A DNA stretch of 64,000 nt from Candidatus Magasanikbacteria bacterium RIFOXYC2_FULL_42_28. GTDB lineage: Bacteria; Patescibacteriota; Patescibacteriia; Magasanikbacterales; GWA2-37-8. The stretch is taken from the NCBI GenBank assembly GCA_001784435.1, contig MFQZ01000001.1, forward strand, positions 156,205 through 220,204, read 5' to 3'. The notes under the pieces are model-generated. The model saw nothing but the letters and a program-made list of their open reading frames with translations, ran no database searches and was not told where the DNA came from. The stretch's first letter is position 1. Every line of letters starts with the position of its first letter. This document shows positions 41,235 to 50,267 of this stretch, piece by piece. Made by a program: the position numbers and the translations under genes.

Positions 41235-41528
41235 ATGGTCGCAGTCAGTATTACGATCATTGTCAACGACAAATGGAAATGGGAAGTTCGCAAACTGTTT
41301 GCGAAGAAAGGCGCAAACGGAGCAGGTGGGCACACGAGTGTCACCCGCAACGACAAACGAGAATTTGAAGTTCGTGTCGTAGGGGCGTACGATCAATCGC
41401 TGGGCACTTGCCCGGTGACCGAAACAACGGCCCCAACCCTCGCTCTGGCCCTGCGCCAGGTTCCACCTGATTTCCGGCGGGAAATAAAATCCCATCTGGC
41501 GCGCGTTCGTTGCGCCATGAAGAAGTGA
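41235..41528 (+). CDS. hypothetical 97-aa protein in GC-rich island 2
   Basis: ATG with a good RBS, own promoter, terminator hairpin at 41641-41672; the 3' two-thirds of the ORF and the downstream 100 bp are strongly GC-rich. Confidence 0.4.
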   Translation: MVAVSITIIVNDKWKWEVRKLFAKKGANGAGGHTSVTRNDKREFEVRVVGAYDQSLGTCPVTETTAPTLALALRQVPPDFRREIKSHLARVRCAMKK

Positions 41529-41640
41529 CCACCCGTCCCGCCCCCACCGCCCTCGAGCAACCCGCCCACCTCCGCCCCGGGTCTGCTCACAATGTTCAGA
41601 AATATTTTTGTGAATATTGTGAGACCCAGGTGCGAGTATT

Positions 41641-41672
41641 ACTAAAAAAGTTCTCTATCCAGAGAACTTTTT
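41641..41672. terminator. bidirectional terminator aaaaaagttctctatccagagaacttttttg
   Basis: Perfect hairpin flanked by an A-run and a T-run. Confidence 0.65.
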
Positions 41673-41677
41673 TGATT

Positions 41678-42373
41678 TCATTTTTTTCGCCACTCCGCTA
41701 TTTTTTTATGGTCGCCAGACAGCAGCACTTTTGGTACTTTTAATCCTAAAAAATTATCCGGGCGAGTATAAAGAATTTCAGATTTTTGAAATTTTGATTT
41801 TGGATTTGATTTGACATTGGAAATTGGAAATTTGTCATTAAACGTCTCATTACTTAACGACTCCTGATTCCCCAACACCCCCGGTATTAATCGGGAAGTC
41901 GCCTCCACCACTGCCAACGCTGGCAATTCCCCACCTGATAAAACATAATCCCCGACTGAAACTTTTTCATCTACAAATTTATACACACGCTCGTCAAATC
42001 CTTGGTAGCGCCCGGAAATTAAAATTAGACGGTCTAGTTTAGAAAATTTCTTGGCCATGGTTTGGTCGAATTTTTTTCCTGCAGGATCTAGTGCGATAAT
42101 TTTCAATTTACAATTTTCAATTTTCAATTTCTTGCCACCACGCGCTAACCCCAAACTCTCCAAACAATAATAAATTGGATCCACTTTCAAAACCATTCCT
42201 GCTCCCCCGCCATATTGCGTGTCATCCACCGGCTGGTGTTTTCCAACCGCAAACTCGCGCCAATTATGAGCGATGATTTTTATTAAATTTTTCTTTTGGG
42301 CGATGCCTAAGATACTATCATTGGAGTAGTGATAGATTAGGTCGGGGAAAATTGTAAGGATATCAAATTGCAT
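41678..42373 (-). CDS. trmD: tRNA (guanine37-N1)-methyltransferase
   Basis: ...LISGRYQGFDERV..., SVGDYVLSGGELPALAVVEA. Start moved to MQFDILTIFP; MEIGYLDFEI in the track is repeat A. Confidence 0.9.
   Translation of the reverse strand: MQFDILTIFPDLIYHYSNDSILGIAQKKNLIKIIAHNWREFAVGKHQPVDDTQYGGGAGMVLKVDPIYYCLESLGLARGGKKLKIENCKLKIIALDPAGKKFDQTMAKKFSKLDRLILISGRYQGFDERVYKFVDEKVSVGDYVLSGGELPALAVVEATSRLIPGVLGNQESLSNETFNDKFPISNVKSNPKSKFQKSEILYTRPDNFLGLKVPKVLLSGDHKKIAEWRKK
41778..41840. repeat. family A element (partial) downstream of trmD
   Basis: tttgaaattttgattttggatttgatttgacattggaaattggaaatttgtcatt. Confidence 0.55.
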
Positions 42374-42394
42374 AATCGCACGAACAAAATTTTT

Positions 42395-42512
42395 AATTTC
42401 AAAATCCAAATATCCAATTTCCAATCAAATCCAAATTTCAGATGTTAAATGTCAAATTTGATATTTTTATTTTGACATTGATTTGACATTGGAAATTGGA
42501 AATTTGACATTA
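42395..42512. repeat. family A element abutting trmD start
   Basis: aatccaaatatccaatttccaatcaaatccaaatttcag...ttttgacattgatttgacattggaaattggaaatttgacatt. Confidence 0.7.
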
Positions 42513-42588
42513 CCAAATATTAATACAAAACCACTCCGCAATAATATATCACGGAGTGGTTTAAATGTCTAATCAGAATATCTGATTA

Positions 42589-42936
42589 CTAGATGCCTAA
42601 ATCGTCAATCGCACTGGTGTCAACCGGCGCGGAGACGACAACTGGCGTGGCTTGCGCCATACCCATGCCACCCATACGCGGACCGCGGCCACCTTCCGGC
42701 TCATTGATTTTCAAGTTGACGCGAGCATTATTTTTCGCGCCGACAATCTTCAATAAAGTGCGGATGGAACGAGCGGTTTGACCAGAACGGCCGATAACAT
42801 AACCCATGTCGGACGGATCAACGTCCAAGGAAATCAAGACACCACGTTCATCGATGATCCGAGAGGTCTTAACTTTGTCCGGGTTGTTAACGATCGCTTT
42901 GACGAGCATCTCAACAAACAGTTGGTCAGCTTCCAT
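42589..42936 (-). CDS. KH-domain RNA-binding protein (YlqC-like) of the rpsP-trmD operon
   Basis: GYVIGRSGQTARSIRTLLK KH motif; conserved operon position. Confidence 0.75.
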   Translation of the reverse strand: MEADQLFVEMLVKAIVNNPDKVKTSRIIDERGVLISLDVDPSDMGYVIGRSGQTARSIRTLLKIVGAKNNARVNLKINEPEGGRGPRMGGMGMAQATPVVVSAPVDTSAIDDLGI

Positions 42937-43016
42937 AGTTCAATCATTAAAAAATCTTTTTCAATTGCAGTTCTGTCGACAGTGTGGAGTTTGTCCACCA
43001 GTTCTGCGTGTATACA

Positions 43017-43544
43017 TTATACCGTTTCGGTCGGGGCGGTGTCAACAGCCGGAGTTTCGGTTTTCACTTCTTCTGCCTTCACTTCCTCAGCTGGCTTTTC
43101 AGCCGCGGCTTTTTCTTCCGCCGCTTTTGCCTCTGCTTCCGCTTTGGCCGCTTCTTTCGCCGCCGCCTTGGCTTCTGCTTCCGCTACTACTTTTGCTTCG
43201 GCGTCAGCTTTCGCTTTTGCGTCGGCTTCTTGCTTGGCCTTATCTTTCGCGCCTAATTTTACTTTTCTTTCTTTGGATAAAAATACCACTTTCTTTTTCG
43301 CGCCACTGACCAAACCGGTTTTCACAAATAAATTGTGGAGTGTGGCCGAGGCCTGCGCGCCTTTGCCTAACCAATATTTCACCCGTTCCGCGTCAACAAG
43401 CAAGCCATTTTCTTTAGCGTGCGGATTGAATGTGCCTAATTTTTCCAAATAAGTACCTTTGGTGTCGCGCGCTTTTTCGGAAATAATCACGCGGTAAGTC
43501 GGCGCTTTGGTTTTGCCGACGCGTTGTAAACGAATCATTAACAT
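43017..43544 (-). CDS. rpsP: 30S ribosomal protein S16 with long Lys/Ala/Glu-rich C-terminal extension
   Basis: MLMIRLQRVGKTKAPTYRVII...; the C-terminal 80 aa are low-complexity KAEA repeats. Confidence 0.9.
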   Translation of the reverse strand: MLMIRLQRVGKTKAPTYRVIISEKARDTKGTYLEKLGTFNPHAKENGLLVDAERVKYWLGKGAQASATLHNLFVKTGLVSGAKKKVVFLSKERKVKLGAKDKAKQEADAKAKADAEAKVVAEAEAKAAAKEAAKAEAEAKAAEEKAAAEKPAEEVKAEEVKTETPAVDTAPTETV

Positions 43545-43628
43545 AACAAAAATTCAAATATATAAAATGACGATTTTGAGAGCGCGGTTATTATAAACAA
43601 AAACTGTGGATTTGTCAAGGGTTAAAGT

Positions 43629-43660
43629 CTTGACAGCCTGCGCAAACGCTGTATAATTAA
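43629..43660 (+). promoter_or_regulatory. consensus sigma70 promoter TTGACA-16/17-TATAAT driving the leader and tRNA-Arg
   Basis: cttgacagcctgcgcaaacgctgtataatt. Confidence 0.6.
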
Positions 43661-43767
43661 ATCGAATTAATTTTGTATGAAACGGCTTTAGGGCAACTGA
43701 CTGTAAAAAGTCAGTCGGTAGAAAGTATTTCTACTCGTTTCATCGAATTTGTTCGGTGTTTGGTTTC

Positions 43768-43846
43768 GCGCCTATAGCTCAATTGGATAGAGCGCCGGCC
43801 TACGGAGTCGGTGACGATAAGGGTTCGAATCCCCTTAGGCGCGCCA
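43768..43846 (+). tRNA. tRNA-Arg (anticodon ACG), CCA encoded
   Basis: gcgcctatagctcaattggatagagcgccggcctacggagtcggtgacgataagggttcgaatccccttaggcgcgcca; anticodon loop ctacgga. Confidence 0.8.
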
Positions 43847-43906
43847 GCACGAAAAAGCTCGACGGTCATCACGACGTCGAGCTTCTTCATTTTTATATAG
43901 TTTTTT

Positions 43907-44047
43907 TGTCATTCCCTACTAGATCCCGGCTTTCGCTGGGACGAATCCAGTCGCAATTTGTCATTTTGATTTTGAAATTTGAATTTGATTTGAAATTGGA
44001 AATTTGACATTCGTAAAGGGATTCCTCCACTGCGGTCGGAATGACAA
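43907..44047. repeat. family B element carrying a nested family A element (43958-44015)
   Basis: tttgtcattccctactagatcccggctttcgctgggacgaatccagtcgcaa[tttgtcattttgattttgaaatttgaatttgatttgaaattggaaatttgacatt]cgtaaagggattcctccactgcggtcggaatgacaaa. Confidence 0.6.
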
Positions 44048-44051
44048 AAAC

Positions 44052-47000
44052 TTAGGCCGGCACCCTCACATCCTCCAACTTCACACTCAACAACTTTGAC
44101 ACACCTTCGCCACCCATAGTAACACCGTACAAAACATCCGCGCCGTGCATCGTAACACGATTATGCGTAATCACGATAAATTGTGATTGGCGCGAAAGTT
44201 CGCTCATGATATTGGCAAAGCGCAAAGTGTTGGCTTCGTCTAACGCGGCTTCTACTTCGTCCATTACAACGAACGGCGCTGGGTTGCAGGACAAAATCGC
44301 ACAGACGAGCGCGATCGATGTAAGTGTGCGTTCACCGCCGGATAACGCGCTTAGATTTTTTATTTTTTTACCGGGTGGGCAGGCGGTAATATCAATCCCA
44401 GTTAACGTAGTAATTTTTTTACGTTTAGATTCGTCAGCCAAACCGTCCGCTCCCACCCCCTCTGCTTCTCCCCCTCGGGCAGGGGGAGACATGCCAATGC
44501 CCGCCACCGCACCCTCCAACTCTGCGTCCTCATCAAGCACCTCACCATAAATTTCTTCCAAAGCCGCGCTCCCACCATTAAATAAAATTTTGAAATAACG
44601 ATCAAATTCTTTGCGAATTTTTTTGAAAGATGCTTCGCGTTTCTTCTTCATTACTTCAGTTAATTCTTCAATCATTTTTTCTAAATCTGCTGTTGCTTTA
44701 TCTAAATCTGATAATTGCGCGGACAAGAAATCAAATTTTTCTTTGGTCGTAGCGTGTTCTTCAACCACACCTTCTTCAATACCACCAATTAAACTTAATT
44801 GATATTTTAATTTCTGAATTTCATCGGCGGTCACGGCCAACCCAGCACTATCCAACGCCTCAACAATCCGCTCCGACAAAGTCGCAGGTGAAGCGGAAAT
44901 TTCATTGCCCGCCTCGGCCATTAAGTCCTCGCGCTTGGTTTCTAATTTCGCCAATTGAATTTTCAAATCATTGCGCGAATTGATAATTGTGTTCACCGCT
45001 ACCTGCGCTTTCTGCATTTCATCTTGCAGATGAAACACGCGTTGTTTTTTCTCTTCTTCTTTATTATTAAAATCTTGAATTTCGCGGGAGGCACTCACAA
45101 CTAATTTTTCCGCGTCCGCAATATTTTTTTCAATCAAACTTTTTTCTTTACCCAAACCACCCAAATATTTACTATGCTCTTCCGGACTCATCTGGATAAA
45201 ATTTCTTTCTTTTTCCAAATCTGTTAATTCCAATAATTTCTGACGCACTTGCGTGCCCACAACCGCACTTTCAGCTTTGTATTTTTCCATTTCCGCGCGG
45301 CTAAACAAAATTTCACCGCGTTTTTCTTCTAACCGTTTTTCCACAATTCGCAAATCTTCGCGTAATCTTTCAACAACTTTTTGCGGATCATCACCACCCG
45401 CTTCCGGCGCTAACCATTTACCCGAAAATCCCGGGCCCCGACGATTACCTTTGCGATAACCACCACGCATCACGCCTTTACGCTCAATCACATCGCCGTC
45501 CAAAGTAACCATCCGAAATCGCCCAATTCCAATTCTCTGCGCTGTTTCCAAATTTTCTACCAACAAATTATCTCCCAAAACAAAGGAAAAAATTTCACGA
45601 AAACGATTATCGAATTTAATTAAATCAATTGCCCAACCGATTACACCCGCCTGCCCCAAAACATCATCTGTTTCTTGCCCCAACTCGCGCCCGCGGATTT
45701 TATTCATTGGCAAAAATGTCGCCACACCCATTCGCTCAGCGCGCAAAAATTGAATTGCGTTTTTTGCAGTCTCATCATCGCCTACAACAAGCGAAGACAA
45801 ATGTGAACCAGCTGCGACTTCCAAAGCCAAACGATATTCTTCATTCACCTCGCCCAATTCCGACAACATTCCATATACCTTGCCCAATCGCGAGCGATTA
45901 TCCAACACTGCCTTCACCGCCGACAACCCGCTCATTTCAAAATATTGACGTTCGGATTGCGCTTGATAGGTTTGGTGTTCAGCTTGTGATAATTTGACCG
46001 TTAATTCCGTGCGTTCAATTGATAAATTCTCTACTTCCCGATCTTTTTCCGCGATTATTCCATTCAATCGCGTCAACGCTAAATCCGCTTGCGCCTGACC
46101 AGTCTCCAAAACCGAACTTTCATTTTTTAAATCTAAAATCTTTTTTTCCAACCAGCCCAAATTTTGTTTACCGGCATCTGAATACGCGGTCTGTAATTTC
46201 CCAGACAAAATCGCCAACGATCTTTCAAAATCATTTTTTACTGCCATCGCTTGCTGATGTTTTTGTTGTAATTCCGCAAACACTTCCGCGCGCGTTGCCA
46301 ATTGCGCTATCTGCGATAACTCATTTTGAATATTCGTTAAATTTTCAAACGCGGTGCGATATTCTTTTTCAATTTTATTTAATTGCGTGTCCAATAAATC
46401 TGTTTCTTTTTTATTGATCAAATACAACGATCCATAATATTTTTCTTGACACTCACGCAAAGCCAATTCCACTTCCTGACGTTTTTCTAATTTTTTAACT
46501 TGACGCGATAATAATTTTAAACGCGGTTCAATTTCGGCGAGTAGTCGTGTCGCCTGTTCAGAATTTTCACGCGTGCGCGCCAATTTCAAAGACGCTTGGT
46601 GTTCTTTAATTTGAAATTCTTTAATTCCCGATGCTTCGTCTAAAAAATCTTTACGTTCGGATGGTGTCACCACCAAAAGCCGATCAATCGTGCCCTGCGA
46701 AATAATACTATATGAATGTTGCCCAAATTGGGCGCGCGCCAAAAGCAAATGAATGTCAAGCAAACGCACCGGACTATTATTTATCAAATATTCACCTTCG
46801 CCCGAGCGATACAACCGACGCGTGATAACAATCTCCGGATAATCAATGCCAAACCCACTGCCGGTATTATCCAAAACCATCGTCACCGAACATGCCGACA
46901 ACGCCCCTTTGTCAACCGAGCCATTAAAAATTACATCTTCACTTTTTTTCCCGCGCAATTGTTTCAGCGAGGTCTCACCCATCACCCACCGAATCGCGTC

Positions 47001-47141
47001 CACAACATTGGACTTGCCCGAACCATTCGGCCCCACGACCGCGGTAATACTAAAACGACCGTCCTTGGGCGGTATAAATTCCAAAATGGTCTGACGGGCA
47101 AATGATTTAAAGCCGTCAATTTCTAAGCGTTTGAGATACAT
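44052..47141 (-). CDS. smc: chromosome segregation protein SMC
   Basis: Walker A GPNGSGKSN, long coiled coils, hinge, C-terminal LSGGE signature and Walker B VMDEVEAALD. Contains a GC-rich in-frame insertion at about 44447-44530. Confidence 0.9.
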   Translation of the reverse strand: MYLKRLEIDGFKSFARQTILEFIPPKDGRFSITAVVGPNGSGKSNVVDAIRWVMGETSLKQLRGKKSEDVIFNGSVDKGALSACSVTMVLDNTGSGFGIDYPEIVITRRLYRSGEGEYLINNSPVRLLDIHLLLARAQFGQHSYSIISQGTIDRLLVVTPSERKDFLDEASGIKEFQIKEHQASLKLARTRENSEQATRLLAEIEPRLKLLSRQVKKLEKRQEVELALRECQEKYYGSLYLINKKETDLLDTQLNKIEKEYRTAFENLTNIQNELSQIAQLATRAEVFAELQQKHQQAMAVKNDFERSLAILSGKLQTAYSDAGKQNLGWLEKKILDLKNESSVLETGQAQADLALTRLNGIIAEKDREVENLSIERTELTVKLSQAEHQTYQAQSERQYFEMSGLSAVKAVLDNRSRLGKVYGMLSELGEVNEEYRLALEVAAGSHLSSLVVGDDETAKNAIQFLRAERMGVATFLPMNKIRGRELGQETDDVLGQAGVIGWAIDLIKFDNRFREIFSFVLGDNLLVENLETAQRIGIGRFRMVTLDGDVIERKGVMRGGYRKGNRRGPGFSGKWLAPEAGGDDPQKVVERLREDLRIVEKRLEEKRGEILFSRAEMEKYKAESAVVGTQVRQKLLELTDLEKERNFIQMSPEEHSKYLGGLGKEKSLIEKNIADAEKLVVSASREIQDFNNKEEEKKQRVFHLQDEMQKAQVAVNTIINSRNDLKIQLAKLETKREDLMAEAGNEISASPATLSERIVEALDSAGLAVTADEIQKLKYQLSLIGGIEEGVVEEHATTKEKFDFLSAQLSDLDKATADLEKMIEELTEVMKKKREASFKKIRKEFDRYFKILFNGGSAALEEIYGEVLDEDAELEGAVAGIGMSPPARGGEAEGVGADGLADESKRKKITTLTGIDITACPPGKKIKNLSALSGGERTLTSIALVCAILSCNPAPFVVMDEVEAALDEANTLRFANIMSELSRQSQFIVITHNRVTMHGADVLYGVTMGGEGVSKLLSVKLEDVRVPA

Positions 47142-47215
47142 ATGTCATTGCGAGCGAAGCGAAGCAATCTCTACGTCAATAATTATATCACAATTTAAAA
47201 ACTCAATCAAATAAA
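47141..47215 (-). promoter_or_regulatory. SMC promoter (TTGATT-17-TATAAT with ttgtg extended -10) plus family B leader abutting the ATG
   Basis: Minus strand: ttgattgagtttttaaattgtgatataattattgacgtagagattgcttcgcttcgctcgcaatgacatATG. Confidence 0.5.
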
Positions 47216-47278
47216 AACACCTCGCGCAATAAAAAACGATACTGTTAATAAGTTTATTGACAAAAATCAATCAAATCT

Positions 47279-47340
47279 GCTATAATAATTTTGTAGCGTA
47301 AGCTATCCTGCCCGCGGATGCGGGTCCGAGATCTAAATCT
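47279..47340 (+). ncRNA. candidate small RNA (about 60-75 nt) with own promoter and intrinsic terminator
   Basis: TTGACA-18-TATAAT at 47250-47278 (ttgacaaaaatcaatcaaatctgctataat), then gtagcgtaagctatcctgcccgcggatgcgggtccgagatctaaatctcgccttcacaggcgaggttttattttttt; no ORF. Confidence 0.35.
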
Positions 47341-47345
47341 CGCCT

Positions 47346-47990
47346 TCACAGGCGAGGTTTTATTTTTTTGAAAGTTATCTGCTTTTTGATGGCTTGGCCG
47401 TTAATATTCAAATCAACTTTATCTTTTAACCAATACGAGACATAACCGGAACTAAATAAAATTACTTTTTTATTTTTCGCCCTTTTTAGATAATCGGTCA
47501 ATGAAGCGAAATCAGAGTCACTGGAAAATAAACAAAAAGTATCATAATTATCCGCCAACCGAATAGCGTCCACGCACATTTCCACGTCAAAATTACACTT
47601 CGGTAAATAAATATATTGGCCACGCGCGTCGCTGTTTCTTTCCCAACCAACTTTCACGTTTTCTCCGTCGGACAGATAGTGTTTTATTTTCTGAATCGGT
47701 TTAGTAACTGTCTTACTAAAAAATTTTCTCGCTTTAGCAATAATAGCGATTGATTTATTCTGCTTGGGGTCAAGTCCAAAATAAAAACGTGAGTGGACGG
47801 AAAATGTCTTAACATAAGTGGCCAACTGCTCTATGCCGATAACCAATTTTTCCCCCTTAAACAATTCCCGACCATTGCCGTCACGTTCGTCACGTTCATA
47901 CCAATAATTAACATTGCCAAAATCAATAAAAGTAAAAATTCGGCCATACTGCAACCAATCGCCAGGCAAATTTGATTTTGTGTTATCCAT
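47346..47990 (-). CDS. NYN/LabA-like (PIN-fold) nuclease domain protein
   Basis: IDFGNVNYW..., FDVEMCVDAIRLADNYDTFCLFSSDSDFASL..., KKVILFSSGYVS. Confidence 0.6.
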   Translation of the reverse strand: MDNTKSNLPGDWLQYGRIFTFIDFGNVNYWYERDERDGNGRELFKGEKLVIGIEQLATYVKTFSVHSRFYFGLDPKQNKSIAIIAKARKFFSKTVTKPIQKIKHYLSDGENVKVGWERNSDARGQYIYLPKCNFDVEMCVDAIRLADNYDTFCLFSSDSDFASLTDYLKRAKNKKVILFSSGYVSYWLKDKVDLNINGQAIKKQITFKKIKPRL

Positions 47991-48606
47991 TTTAATAAAT
48001 CGTTTGACTGGTGAATATTTAAAACTGTCGTATTATACCACAATCTAAAAATACTGGCAAAAATTCGCTTGAAGGACATTTTTCACATATCAACGAAATT
48101 ATTGCTGTGCATAGAGGACTATCTCGCCCTCAAAAACAAAAAGTTCTAAATACAATTTTCCTAGCGTCATCGATCGCCCCAACCAAAGGCAAACTTAGGC
48201 ATATTCTGTGAAATTAGGTACCCGTTTATGTACCTTATGCCGAAATATGCGTTGCGTCTTCCAGAACACCACCCGTTGAATACTCTTCGGGTTGAATAGA
48301 ATTTGAAGAAGTTATCTCCCTAACACCACGCACCGAGTATCTTCATTTTTAGTCACTTTATTTTTACTCTGCGACAAGCAGTAGCCGGTCACACTTTGAA
48401 AAATAAAATGGCGAGATTTTACACGCCCAAACCTTGGCCGGAGCGTTTTGGTAAAATCTAAATTTAGTATACCAAAATATTTATTAAAACAGAAGACCCC
48501 CGCTCGGACATCCACCTATTTAAGGGTGAACGCCGAGCGAGGGTCACGAGGGACCAAGTAGCCGAGCACTTGCCAAAAGAGCCAAGTGCCCGAGCGTCCA
48601 AGCCCC

Positions 48607-49191
48607 TTACTCGCGACAGGCGAACCGAGCGCCGCCGCGCCAGTCGCAGCCGAGCCAGCTGAAACGGAGCACCCAGCGGTCGCCGTGCCAGCGGAGGCAG
48701 GCCACGCGCCGGAGGCCGTCGGAATCGCACAGAACCGTGCCAGCGAGGGGGATGTAGAATCCCCGGAACTCGGCCGACAACTTGTCCTGCTCGGCCAGGA
48801 TCCGCTGGCCGTCGGCGAGGCCGAGATTGGCCCCCATGCTCACCGCGCGGCGACGCATCTCGTCGCCGGCGATGCCCGACTCCCCAGCCTTGAGGAAGGC
48901 GCGGGGACGGAGCGACGCCACGTCGAACTGCGACGCGACGACGTCCTCCACCACCGTCCAGTCGGTGGGGACGAGGCCGGTGGCGAGGGCCGGAGACTTC
49001 ACGCCGACGACCAGCGTCTTGACGCCGGCCCAGAACTCCTTGGAAGTAAGGACGTTCTGCACGTCCTCAATGTTGAACTCGAGCGACTTGAACAAGCCGC
49101 CCATCAACTTCGCAAATTCGCGAAGCTGGCCAGACGTGAACCGTTTCGCGGCCATCGTCTTGCTCCTTGCCATGCAGTTTGCCTTTGCCAA
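48607..49191 (-). CDS. hypothetical protein in GC-rich island 3 (Cys/Trp-rich C-terminus)
   Basis: Own promoter on the minus strand, TTGACA-18-TTATAT (plus about 49230-49259). Strongly GC-rich; the plus-strand ORF 48586..49251 is the alternative frame. Confidence 0.4.
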   Translation of the reverse strand: MAKANCMARSKTMAAKRFTSGQLREFAKLMGGLFKSLEFNIEDVQNVLTSKEFWAGVKTLVVGVKSPALATGLVPTDWTVVEDVVASQFDVASLRPRAFLKAGESGIAGDEMRRRAVSMGANLGLADGQRILAEQDKLSAEFRGFYIPLAGTVLCDSDGLRRVACLRWHGDRWVLRFSWLGCDWRGGARFACRE

Positions 49192-49314
49192 GCGATATGC
49201 TCGGTTGGGGTTTACCGCGAACTATGTGTATATAAGCATAAATTTAGGTAAATGTCAATATTAAAAAATAAAAACACCGCGCGAATATGGCGAAGCGTTT
49301 AAAAATGATTACCC

Positions 49315-50139
49315 TTAATTTTTAATTTTCAAAAAATTCTTGCCCGACACAATCGGCCGGCCAATCTTTCTTTCAATTTGTTTTCTGGTCGTCCCCGCGA
49401 TTTGCCCGCCCACCCGCGCGTCATCTTTTAATCTTGGCACACCCTTCGTATCTTTGGTGCGATGAATTTCGGTCGTGGTCCTTTCTCCCAACATCGTCAA
49501 AATCAATTCAAAATCATCCATGTGATCGCGCAAATTGTGTTTTTTTAACCCTTTTAATTTTTTATATTCCGCCGGCGTTACGCCAAAAGTCGCCTTAGAA
49601 ATTTCCGCTGTTAAAATTTCATAATCTTTTTCTTCTTGCGCCCCGCGCTTTTGCCATTCGTCGGTTAATTCTTCGCGCACGGCAATCCCACGCATCCTTT
49701 TTTCTATCCAATCTTCCGGATAGCCCTTTAATTTGTACAATAATTTTGTGCGCTTAGTCGCCAACTCCGGATTTTCAATTTCTTGGACGCGTTCGTAACC
49801 AACTTTGGCGAGCCAACGCTTAAACGGTTCGGCTTTGGGCGAGGGAATGGATTGGATAATACGAAAAATTCCTTCAGTATCAGCGCAGTCGGTTTCGTAC
49901 TTTTTACCATCACTGGCCTCTAATTTCAGTTGTAGACAAATTGTCGACAACTCAACTTTTTCCTCATCTTTAAGACGAATTTTCATTTTATACCAATAAT
50001 CGCGAGGATTAACACTGTCCGTTAATGCCTCAACAACATCAATAACCGAAAACCACCATTCTTTATTAAACAATGTTCTCCGTATCATTTTGCCCTTAAA
50101 CAAAGCAATACCATTATTTTGGCTTGAAATATCCCCCAT
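49315..50139 (-). CDS. BRO-N domain protein (DinD / phage antirepressor-like)
   Basis: N-terminal IALFKGKMIRRTLFNKEWWFSVIDVVEALT matches the BRO-N pattern; 274 aa; promoter ttgattgagtttttagattgtggtataat upstream. Confidence 0.5.
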   Translation of the reverse strand: MGDISSQNNGIALFKGKMIRRTLFNKEWWFSVIDVVEALTDSVNPRDYWYKMKIRLKDEEKVELSTICLQLKLEASDGKKYETDCADTEGIFRIIQSIPSPKAEPFKRWLAKVGYERVQEIENPELATKRTKLLYKLKGYPEDWIEKRMRGIAVREELTDEWQKRGAQEEKDYEILTAEISKATFGVTPAEYKKLKGLKKHNLRDHMDDFELILTMLGERTTTEIHRTKDTKGVPRLKDDARVGGQIAGTTRKQIERKIGRPIVSGKNFLKIKN

Positions 50140-50267
50140 ATTTCTATAATTAAAAATAAAGTGCTATAATTATACCACAATCTAAAAACTCAATCAAATA
50201 AAAACGCCTCGCAAATGGCGCGAAGCGTTGATTGTGACGCGGACAATCCACTGCTATGCGATGTAAT

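Noticed and set aside
42778-43452. Plus-strand ORFs 42778..43452, 42806..43309, 42984..43256
   Set aside because: They are antisense to rpsP and its low-complexity KAEA tail and to the KH-domain gene.
47141-47340. Repeated ttataccacaatctaaaaactcaatcaa motif (47185-47230, 50165-50210) as a small RNA gene
   Set aside because: On the minus strand these read ttgattgagtttttagattgtggtataat, that is promoters of smc and of the BRO-N gene, each followed by the gene's leader. They are not independent transcripts.
48586-49251. 221-aa plus-strand ORF in island 3
   Set aside because: It has an Ala/Pro/Gly-rich composition typical of an antisense frame of GC-rich DNA. The minus-strand ORF has a promoter and a plausible composition.
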